From contig CAVXTN010000002.1 in assembly GCA_963764745.1 (NCBI GenBank), positions 20,589 through 84,588 of the forward strand: DNA of 64,000 bases, in the 5' to 3' direction. Below, piece by piece: positions 33,372 to 41,536 of the stretch. Under the pieces are notes generated by a model. That model was not told where the DNA came from. It ran no database searches and was given only the letters and a program-made list of their open reading frames with translations. The DNA comes from Candidatus Aminicenantes bacterium (lineage in GTDB: Bacteria > Acidobacteriota > Aminicenantia > UBA2199). Positions within the stretch are counted from its first letter, which is position 1. Each line of letters starts with the position of its first letter. The position numbers and the translations under genes were made by a program.

Positions 33372-34321
33372 TTATAAAAATAATTTTGAAACGGAAGTTT
33401 CCTTGTGGATGCTCTCGATGGCATCGGCGAACAGCTTGGATACGGACAGACTCTACGATCTTCGGGCACTGCTCGAGGCTGAGGCGCTGGGGAATGGTGT
33501 TGGTGACGAATATCTTTTCCAGCGGGGCCGCGTTGATCCGTTCCAGGGCCTGTCCCGAAAAAATACCGTGGGTGCAGGCGGCGTAGACCTTCTTGGCTCC
33601 CTTCTTTTTCAGCGCGTTGATGGTCGCGCTCAGGGTGCCGGCGGTATCGATGATGTCGTCGACGATGATGGCGTTCTTGTTTTCCACGTCGCCGATGATG
33701 TGCATCAGCTCGGCCACGTTCGGCGCCGTCCTTTTCTTGTCGGCGATGGCCAGGTCGGCGTTCAGCTTGCGGGCGAACAGCCGCGCCCTTTCCACGCCGC
33801 CGGCGTCGGGAGAAACGATCACCAGGTCTCTCAGTTTCATTTTCTTGAAATGGGAGATAAAAACCGGCAGGGCCATGAGGTTGTCGACCGGGATGTTGAA
33901 AAAACCCTGGATCTGGGCGGCGTGAAGGTCGATGGTCAGGACCCTGGAGAAACCGGCCGTTTCCAGCAGGTCGGCGAGCAGGCGCGCCGAGATGGCGACC
34001 CGCGGCCTGTCCTTGCGGTCCTGGCGGGCGTAGGCGTAATAGGTGATCACGGCCGTGATGCGGCGGGCGGAGGCCCGCTTGAAGGCGTCGGCCATCAGCA
34101 GCAGCTCCATGATGTGGAAATTGCTGTCCTGGCAAAGCGATTGCACGATGAACACGTCGGCGCCGCGCACGTTTTCGTGGCTCTGGAAACGGATCTCGCC
34201 GTCGGAAAACACGTCCAGCACCGATTGGCCGAGTTTGCCGTGCAGGTTCTTCGGCTATCTCGCCGGCCAGTTTTTCATTGGAGGAACCGGAAAAGATCAA
34301 GAATTTATTATCGTTTGTCAT
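33372..34321 (-). CDS. prs: Ribose-phosphate pyrophosphokinase (frame-disrupted)
   Basis: N-terminus MTNDNKFLIFSGSSNEKLAGEIA in ORF 33362..34321. The core is in ORF 32965..34221 (ITAVITYYAYARQDRK ... TIDLHAAQIQGFF ... IIVDDIIDTAGT). The true C-terminus is in a third frame (SIHKETSVSKLFL, TAA 33374-33372). Confidence 0.88.
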
Positions 34322-34330
34322 TTGGTTTTT

Positions 34331-34402
34331 CTGGGGCGGGAGGATTCGAACCTCCGAATGTCGGCTCCAAAGGCCGATGCCTTACCATTTGGCGACACCC
34401 CA
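34331..34402 (-). tRNA. tRNA-Gln (anticodon UUG)
   Basis: The minus strand reads TGGGGTGTCGCCAAATGGTAAGGCATCGGCCTTTGGAGCCGACATTCGGAGGTTCGAATCCTCCCGCCCCAG. It folds with a 7-bp acceptor stem (U1-A72), anticodon loop CTTTGGA and a GGTTCGAATCC T-arm. It is nearly colinear with E. coli tRNA-Gln. CCA is not encoded. Confidence 0.93.
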
Positions 34403-35242
34403 ATGCTCTCCTGATAGTATTTTTTGGAAATGGTTCGGGTCAGTGTCACGCCGGGAAGCTTTTTCGGCCAAAGCGGCCATTTTCTCTGCCGGGCCGATGC
34501 CGAATACCGCCGAGCCGCTGCCTGTCATTTGCACGAAATCGCATCCTCCTAGCAACATTTTCTGCTTGATTTCCCTGATTTCCGGAAATAGTTCAAAAGT
34601 GACATTTTCCAGTTCATTTTCTAAAATGGAGAAATCGCCTTTTCTCAGGAAGAGTTGTATTTTACTGGGAAAAGCGGCTTTTGTCAAGCGAAATCGGGAA
34701 AATATCAGGGCCGTGGACACGTGCAGCGGCGGGATAAAAAGGGCGATCGGCCGCGGCTCGATCTCGGGCAACGGGGTCAGCGATCTCCCCTATCCCCTCG
34801 CCCAGGGCCGTGCCGCCCTGGAGAAAAAAAGGAACATCGGCGCCCAGGAGCGGCCGCCATGTCGTTCAGCTGCGGGCCGGGGATGTTCAGGCCGAAATAA
34901 CGGTCGAGGAAAAGCAGCATGACCGCCGCGTTGCCGCTGCCGCCGCCCAGGCCGGAGCCGGGCGCGATGTTCTTGAAGACCCGGATGTCCAAGCCGCCGC
35001 GGACCGGGAAGTTCTCGCAAACCAGCCGGCAGGCGCGGGCGATGGTGTTGCTTTCGTCCCAGGCGATAGTGCCGGCGGGGCCGCGCAGGGTGAACCTGCC
35101 TTCCTTGAGCGGGCGCACGCGCAACTCGTCGCTCAGGTCGATGGTCTGGAATATGGTCCGCAGCCCATGGAAGCCGTCCGCCCTTTTGCCGGTGACCTCC
35201 GAGTCCCAGGTTGATCTTGGCGAAAGACCTCAGCTTAATCAT
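34403..35242 (-). CDS. ispE: 4-diphosphocytidyl-2-C-methyl-D-erythritol kinase (frame-disrupted; 3' end uncertain)
   Basis: N-terminus MIKLRSFAKINLGL in ORF 34790... The GHMP-kinase motif NIAPGSGLGGGSGNAA is in ORF 34777..35124. The C-terminal part is in ORF 34382..34771 (MTGSGSAVFGI). All frames run into the tRNA, so the stop cannot be placed. Confidence 0.8.
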
Positions 35243-35819
35243 TGTCCAGGACGGTTTCCAGGTCGGCGGCCCGGTAGCGGCCGCTGAAATCGATGAGCGC
35301 GATGCGGCCCGGGCGCAGTTCGTTTTTGGTGATCCGCAGGGTCAGGTCGGCGGTGCCGCGCCGCAGGCGTACCTTCTCGGGCGCGCCGCCGCCGGCCGCT
35401 TTTTCAAGCTGGACGGCGATGCCCTGGGCGGCGAATTCCGCCTCGGGCACGATCCCCTCCGCCACCAGCGCCTTCATTTGCCCCAGCCCGAGTTCAATGC
35501 CCCACAGCCGGTCCAGCAGGACCGCGAAATCGCCCTGCCAAAAAGCCTTTTTTGCGAAATTGACCAGGGTGGCATTCTCGCCGCTGGCGTTCAGCTCGAG
35601 TCCCACCTGGTTGAGCGGCGTGAAGAACAGGATTTTGGCCAGGCGGTCGTCAAAGCGCCAGAGGATGCGGCCGCTCTGATGCGAGTCGCCGTCATGGAAG
35701 CTGAATTTGATGCTCAACGCCTGGAAATGGGGGCCGGTCGCGGGGCCCAGCTCCGGCTTGCGCGGCTGGCAGGAAAGGCAGCAGGCAATAGCGACCAGCA
35801 AGAATATCTTTTTGAGCAT
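35235..35819 (-). CDS. Putative outer-membrane lipoprotein, LolB-like by size and position
   Basis: Intact 194-aa ORF with signal peptide MLKKIFLLVAIACCLSC (Cys-rich, lipobox-like but imperfect). It lies directly upstream of ispE and overlaps it by 8 nt, as lolB does in E. coli. The functional call is inferred from context only. Confidence 0.5.
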   Translation of the reverse strand: MLKKIFLLVAIACCLSCQPRKPELGPATGPHFQALSIKFSFHDGDSHQSGRILWRFDDRLAKILFFTPLNQVGLELNASGENATLVNFAKKAFWQGDFAVLLDRLWGIELGLGQMKALVAEGIVPEAEFAAQGIAVQLEKAAGGGAPEKVRLRRGTADLTLRITKNELRPGRIALIDFSGRYRAADLETVLDND

Positions 35820-35915
35820 CTGCGCTTATTCTAGCATATTGCTGCCGGGTTTAGAAAACGGACCGCGGCGGCTAAATTGGCGGCAGCGAAAATGACTCGG
35901 GCGGCGCTGATGCCG

Positions 35916-38219
35916 TCAGATTTCGGGAACCGGCCTCTTGCTTTTCCAGATGCCCCAGATCAGGCCCGCGGCCAGCAGGGCCACGACCAGCCAGCCGATC
36001 AGGCCCAGATTGCTGTATTTGACCAGGATGGGCGCGGCCAGCAGGCTGACCAGGTTGACCACCTTGATCATCGGGTTCAGCGCCGGGCCGGCGGTGTCCT
36101 TCAGCGGATCGCCGACGGTGTCGCCGACCACGCCGGCCTTGTGGCGCTCCGAGCCCTTGCCGGTGTTGGCCGCCAGGTCGCGCGGCTCGTCCTCGATGGT
36201 TTTCTTGGCGTTGTCCCAGGCGCCGCCGCGTTGGCCATGAACACGGCCAGCAGCTGGCCGCTGAGGATGACGCCGGCCAGGAAGCCGCCCAGCGCCTCGA
36301 CTTGCAGGACCAGCCCACCAGCAGCGGCATGAGGACGGCGATCGCCGCCAGGGGGATCAGCTCTTTCTGGGCCGAGCGGGTGGAGATGCCGACCACGCGG
36401 GCGTAATCGGGCTTGACCTTGCCTTCCATGATCCCGGGGATGCGGAACTGGGCGCGCACCTCTTCGACGATCTGGGCGGCGGCGCGGCTCACGGCGCGGA
36501 TGGACAGGGAGCTGAACAGCCAGGGCAGCGCGCCGCCGATCAGCAAGCCGATGAAGACCTTGGTGTCGGAGATGCGGATGGCATCCATGACCTTGCGGCC
36601 CAGCTGCATCTGGACCCGGCCGACGTCGGTGATGAAGGAGCCGAACAGGCTGACCGCGGCGATGACCGCCGAGGCGATGGCGATGCCCTTGGTGATGGCC
36701 TTGGTGGTGTTGCCCACGGCGTCGAGGTCGGCCATGATCTGGCGGGCCTTGACGGTTTCGGGTCGTCCTGGTCGTGCCAGGCCATCTCGCCGATGCCGTT
36801 GGCGTTGTCGGAGATGGGGCCATAGGAATCCATGGCCACGTTGTTGCCGGTATGGCTGAGCATGCCGATGCCGATCATGGCGACGCCGTACAGCACGTAG
36901 AGCGGATTCCGGCTGCCGCCGTACAGCAACAGGGCGGAGACAAAGCTGATGCCGATGACGAGCAGGGCCCAGACGCTCGACTCCATGCCCACCGACAGGC
37001 CCGACAGGATGGTGGTGGCCGGTCCGGTCCTGGTGGATTTGACGATCTCCTTGACCGGGCCGCGCTTGGTGGAGGTGAAGTAGGAGGTCAGGGGGTTGAA
37101 GGCCACGGCCAGGGCGACGCCGATGGCGGTCAGCATGGCCAGCTTCCAATCGCCGGCATACAGGATGGCGACCAGGAACGACCAGAGGATGGTGTTGACG
37201 CTCGAAACTTCATACGAGCGGAACATCGATTCCTCGGCGTCGTGGGCGCGCAGGAACTTGATGGGGAATTTTTCCCAGATCGGCACGGTGAAGGTGCCCA
37301 GGATGGAGCTGATGACGCCGATGCCGCGGATGATCAGCGGGTAGACGATCCAGCGCATTTTCAGCGCCGGGTTCGGCTCCAGGGCCATCAGGGCCAGGCC
37401 CAGGATCAGGGCGGAGACGATGGTCACTTCGTAGCTTTCGAAGATGTCGGCGGCCATGCCGGCGCAGTCGCCGACGTTGTCGCCGACCAGGTCGGCGATG
37501 ACGGCGGCGTTGCGCGGGTCGTCTTCGGGGATGTCTTTCTCGACCTTGCCGACCAGGTCGGCGCCGACGTCGGCGGCCTTGGTGTAGATGCCGCCGCCCA
37601 CGCGCATGAACAGGGCCAGCAGCGTGCCGCCGAAGCCGAAGCCGAGCAGGGCGTCGGGCGCGGCCTTGCCGAAGATGATGAAGATGACCGTGCCGCCGAG
37701 CAGGCCCAGGCCGTCGGTCAGCATGCCGGTGATGGTGCCGGCGTGGTAGGCGATGGACAGGGCTTCATTGAAGCCGCGGCGGGCGGCCGCGGCGACGCGC
37801 ACGTTGGCCTGGACGGCCATGCGCATGCCGAGCTGGCCGACCAGCAGCGAGAAGAAGGCGCCCATGATGAAGGCGATGGTGCGGCCGATGGCCACGACCA
37901 TGCGCGCGGAGCCCATGCCGAACTCGGCCACGGCCTCGCGGCTGGGGGGGATGACGTACACGCTCAGGAAGAGGACGACGGCCAGGAAGCCGATGGCCGG
38001 CAGGATGGTCTTCAGTTGCCGGCTCAAGTAGCTGTCGGCGCCGATGCGGATGGCGTTCCATACTTCCTGCATTTTCTGCGTTCCCTTGTCCTTTTTCAAG
38101 ACCACGCCACGCAGCAGCCAGGCGTAGAGAAGGCTGATAAAGGCCGTGAGCAATACGCCCATGATGGCCATTTGTTCAAAGTTCGTTAGACCGTGCCGGG
38201 CCAGACCGAGTATGTTCAT
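35916..38219 (-). CDS. hppA: Membrane-bound proton-translocating pyrophosphatase, K+-independent type (frame-disrupted)
   Basis: ORF 36540..38246 ([20 protein letters not shown] ... [30 protein letters not shown]), then fragments in ORFs 35872.. and 36101.., then ORF 35916..36131 ([23 protein letters not shown]). The motif [13 protein letters not shown] has Lys encoded at 36702-36700. 3-4 breaks. Confidence 0.88.
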
Positions 38220-38352
38220 ACTCACTCCCCTGGATAGTTTATTCACTTAAAGTTAATAAAAAAAACGGTTTTTCGGATTTTTTTAAAAAAAATAATACCA
38301 TAATCATCGGCGTTTTTCAATCCGGAAAATTCCCGGAATTGAAGTCGGTCCC

Positions 38353-39744
38353 TCACGTTTCTGACGAGGTTCCGACAGCGCCTTTTCCGGGATCTTCAGT
38401 ACGGCCGCGCCAAATGAAAAAAACCGGGATGCCCAAAGCGACCATGGCCAGCCCGATCGCCGAATTCCAGAAGTCCTGGATCAGGGAATTCACGGTCAGG
38501 AAGACCGAGGAGAGGATGAAGAGGACCGGGGTAACCGGGTAGCCCCAGGTCTTGTACGGCCTGGGCAGGTCGGGGCGCTTGCGGCGCAGGATGATCACCC
38601 CGGCGACGGTCAGTCCCATGAAGATCCAGAAGCCGAAGATGACATAGGAAAAGAGCTGCTCGAAGGTCCCGCTCAGGCTGAGCACGGCCGCCCAGGAAGC
38701 CAGGAGGATGATCGACACATGGGGCGTTCGATACACGGGATGGACCCGGGCCACGCTTTTGAAAAACAGGCCGTCATGGGCCATGGCATAGAAAACCCGG
38801 GGGGAGGTCAGGATATGCCCGTTGGCGGTCCCGGTCATGGACAGCAGGATGATCAGCGCGATCGCCGCCGCGCCGGCGGGGCCGAAAACCTCGGCCATGA
38901 CATCGGCCGCGATGCGCCCCGACGCGGCCATGCGGCCGGCCGGAAATACGTACAGATAAGCGAGGTTGGCCAGGACATAGAGGGAGAGAACGGCGAGGGT
39001 GCCGATGAAAAGCCCGAGAGGAAGCTTTTTCTGGGGATCGCGGATCTCCCCGGCGCTGTAGGTGCCGGTCTCCCAGCCTTTGTATGCCCAGAGCACGGCC
39101 ACCATGGCCAGGCCGAAGCGGCCCAGGAGTCCCCCACCGGCGGCCGCGGCCGGGCCCGCGGCGAAAAAGTTGCCGGTCGACCCCTTGGCGAAGATAAAGA
39201 TCAGCGTGCAGATGGCGATCAGGGCGACGAACTTGATGGCGGTCAGGAAGTTCATCAGGTAGGCGCCCTTTTTAACGCCGAGAATGTTGACCAACGCCAG
39301 AACAGAGATCAGGGAGATCGCCGCCATTTTCGTCTGCAGAGCCGACAAGTCGAAAAAGTAAGTGAGATATTTCGCCGAGAATCCGACCGCCAGCGTGGCG
39401 ATAGTTCCCGATTCGATGACCAGCAAGAGCGCCCAGCCGAACAGGAAGGCCACCAGGGGGCCGTAGGCCTCGCGCAGATAGACATAGATGCCGCCTGCCC
39501 GGGTGAACATGGTTCCCAGTTCGGCGACGGCCAGGGCGCCGAAAAAGCTCAGGACGCCGCCCAGGATCCAGGCGGCCAGCATGAGACCCGGCGTGCCGAC
39601 ATCCTTGGCCACCTTGGACGGGTTGATGAAGATGCCGGAGCCGATCATGGTGCCGATGACGATGCCGACGATGCTGATCAGGCCGAGTACGCGCGGCAGT
39701 TCAGGTCGCGCTACTGCCAACGGAGAAGACCCGCGGCTAGCCAT
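38353..39744 (-). CDS. APC-superfamily amino acid permease
   Basis: ORF 38353..39882 with probable start MASRGSS at 39744. It is a 12-TM protein with IGTMIGSGIF and AELGTMFTRAGGIYVY motifs. Intact. Confidence 0.85.
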   Translation of the reverse strand: MASRGSSPLAVARPELPRVLGLISIVGIVIGTMIGSGIFINPSKVAKDVGTPGLMLAAWILGGVLSFFGALAVAELGTMFTRAGGIYVYLREAYGPLVAFLFGWALLLVIESGTIATLAVGFSAKYLTYFFDLSALQTKMAAISLISVLALVNILGVKKGAYLMNFLTAIKFVALIAICTLIFIFAKGSTGNFFAAGPAAAAGGGLLGRFGLAMVAVLWAYKGWETGTYSAGEIRDPQKKLPLGLFIGTLAVLSLYVLANLAYLYVFPAGRMAASGRIAADVMAEVFGPAGAAAIALIILLSMTGTANGHILTSPRVFYAMAHDGLFFKSVARVHPVYRTPHVSIILLASWAAVLSLSGTFEQLFSYVIFGFWIFMGLTVAGVIILRRKRPDLPRPYKTWGYPVTPVLFILSSVFLTVNSLIQDFWNSAIGLAMVALGIPVFFIWRGRTEDPGKGAVGTSSET

Positions 39745-41090
39745 CAGCCGACGACCAGGATGAACAGGGTCGCGACGATGAGCAGCGGGCAGAGGTACTT
39801 CAGCGAGAACGACCAGAGCCGGCCATAGCGGAAACGCTTTGTCCCCTGCCCTATCTCTTTCAGGGCATTGGAACTTTTCCATACATAGCCGACGAAGATG
39901 GCGATGAACAGGGCCCCGACGCTCAGGGCCAGCGAGCCCCAGACGAAGTCCATCATTTCAAAGAAACTTACGTTGATGAGGGGCAATTTCCGGAAGAAAT
40001 TCACGTTGCCGAACGAGAGGATCGAGGGGACGCCGATGAGGAAGGAGAGCAGCGAAGCCGTGAGCACCGATTTCCTGCGGCTCCATTTCCGCTCATCGAT
40101 GAGGTAGGCGGCGGCCACTTCCAGCAGGGAGACGGTGGAAGCCAGCGCCGCCACCCCGAGCAGGAGGAAGAACAGCATGCCGAACAGGGTGCCGAACGGC
40201 ATCTGGTCGAAGATCACCGGCAGGATATGGAATACCAGCGGGTGGCCGCCTTCCGGGCTCATGCCGTAAGCGGCCAGGGCGGGGAAGATAATGAAGCCGG
40301 CCATGACGGCCGTGAACGTATCCAGGAAGGCCACCCAGGCGGCGCCGGCCGGGATGCTTTCCTCCTTTTTCAGGTAGGAGCCGTAGGTGATCATGGCCCC
40401 CATGCCCAGGCTGAGGCTGAAGAAGGCCTGGCCCAGGGCGTCAATGATCACGCGCGGCGTCAATTGGGAGAAATCGGGCTTGAGATAGAATTCGAGGCCC
40501 TTCCCGGCCCCGGGCAGGGTCAGCGAGCGCACCAGCAGGATGGTCATGATGACGAACAGCACCGGCATCAGGAACTTGCATGCCTTTTCAATGCCGTTGG
40601 CGATCCCCCTGGCCACGATATAGCCGGTGATGAAAAGGAAAGCCGCCAACAGGAACGCCTGCAGCCAGAAATTCCGGGCAAAGGCGTCGAATATCCCCGG
40701 GGTCGCCGCCGTCCCCGCGTTTCTCAGGCCGCCCGACAAGGTCTTGAAAAAATAGCCCAGGGTCCATCCCGAGATCAGCGAATAATAGGAGAGGATCATG
40801 ACCCCGGCGACCACCCCGAGATAGCCGACCAGCTTCCAGGGCCCATGGGGGCGGAATTCCTTGAAGGCGCCCACCGGGTTCTTGCCCGTGGCGCGGCCCA
40901 TGGCGATCTCGGCGATCAGAACCGGCATGCCCAGCAGGACCACGGCCGCCAGGTAGACGAACAGGAAGGCCGCCCCGCCGTATTTCCCGGTCATGTAAGG
41001 AAAGCGCCAGATGTTGCCGATACCGATGGCCGAACCGGCGGCGGCCAGGACAAAGCCGAGGCTGGAACTCCATTTCCCTCTTGAGGCCAT
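39744..41090 (-). CDS. Sodium-dependent transporter, SNF (neurotransmitter:sodium symporter) family
   Basis: Intact 448-aa ORF with GAAGGAGG upstream. It carries the hallmark SAIGIGNIWRFPY. Its stop overlaps the next ATG (TGATG). Confidence 0.9.
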   Translation of the reverse strand: MASRGKWSSSLGFVLAAAGSAIGIGNIWRFPYMTGKYGGAAFLFVYLAAVVLLGMPVLIAEIAMGRATGKNPVGAFKEFRPHGPWKLVGYLGVVAGVMILSYYSLISGWTLGYFFKTLSGGLRNAGTAATPGIFDAFARNFWLQAFLLAAFLFITGYIVARGIANGIEKACKFLMPVLFVIMTILLVRSLTLPGAGKGLEFYLKPDFSQLTPRVIIDALGQAFFSLSLGMGAMITYGSYLKKEESIPAGAAWVAFLDTFTAVMAGFIIFPALAAYGMSPEGGHPLVFHILPVIFDQMPFGTLFGMLFFLLLGVAALASTVSLLEVAAAYLIDERKWSRRKSVLTASLLSFLIGVPSILSFGNVNFFRKLPLINVSFFEMMDFVWGSLALSVGALFIAIFVGYVWKSSNALKEIGQGTKRFRYGRLWSFSLKYLCPLLIVATLFILVVG

Positions 41091-41167
41091 GAATATCCTC
41101 CTTCAAAAAAGCGGATGCCTGAAAGCAGTTCGTAACACAGGGGCGGCGACTTGTCAATCGTCCCGGA

Positions 41168-41196
41168 TTGACCGGCCTTTTTGAATATGGTAGTAT
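41168..41196 (+). promoter_or_regulatory. Sigma70-like promoter candidate for tRNA-Leu
   Basis: TTGACC (41168-41173), 17 nt, TAGTAT (41191-41196). The tRNA 5' end lies 12 nt downstream. Confidence 0.55.
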
Positions 41197-41208
41197 CGGT
41201 TCCTTCCG

Positions 41209-41291
41209 GCCGGGGTGGCGGAACAGGCAGACGCACGGGACTTAAAATCCCGGGAGGGCAACCTCGTGGGGGTTCGATTCCCCCCTCCGGC
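41209..41291 (+). tRNA. tRNA-Leu (anticodon UAA), class II with long variable arm
   Basis: GCCGGGGTGGCGGAACAGGCAGACGCACGGGACTTAAAATCCCGGGAGGGCAACCTCGTGGGGGTTCGATTCCCCCTCCGGCA has anticodon loop CTTAAAA, a variable stem-loop and discriminator A73. The T-stem/acceptor junction is one C short of a perfect cloverleaf, which fits a homopolymer miscall. Confidence 0.85.
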
Positions 41292-41295
41292 ATTA

Positions 41296-41487
41296 GTTGA
41301 AGACAGAACTAAGTGAAAAGTGAATAGTGATAAGTGATTGGCAACAGCAATTAATCGAACAAAAAAATATTGAAGTCAGAACTCAGTGAAAAGTGATTAG
41401 TGATGAGTGATGAGACGAAAAATTAACAAGTTCAAATAAATTTGCTGAAAAGCAGTTTCTCATCACTTATCACTCATTACTCATCAC
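41296..41487. repeat. Three arrays of four AGTGAWN heptamers (two direct, one inverted) within a 43-bp direct repeat pair
   Basis: Array 1 at 41311-41338 is AGTGAAA AGTGAAT AGTGATA AGTGATT. Array 2 at 41384-41411 is AGTGAAA AGTGATT AGTGATG AGTGATG. Array 3 at 41460-41487 is the reverse complement (CATCACT TATCACT CATTACT CATCACT). The direct repeats 41296-41338 and 41369-41411 differ at 5 of 43 positions. Confidence 0.8.
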
Positions 41488-41494
41488 TCTATGT

Positions 41495-41530
41495 GAAAAA
41501 AAAGGGCGGGAACGGTCCCGCCCTTTTTTT
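41495..41530. terminator. Bidirectional intrinsic terminator
   Basis: AAAAAAAA-GGGCGGGA-ACGG-TCCCGCCC-TTTTTTTT is an 8-bp GC stem flanked by an A-tract and a T-tract. It lies 6 nt after the RND gene stop (minus strand) and downstream of tRNA-Leu (plus strand). Confidence 0.85.
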
Positions 41531-41536
41531 CACTAG

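Noticed and set aside
39730-41090. The SNF and APC transporters both begin with MASRG, which suggested a duplicated 5' end.
   Set aside because: The two N-termini use different codons (atggcctcaagaggg versus atggctagccgcggg) and the proteins diverge immediately afterwards. This is coincidence, not duplication.
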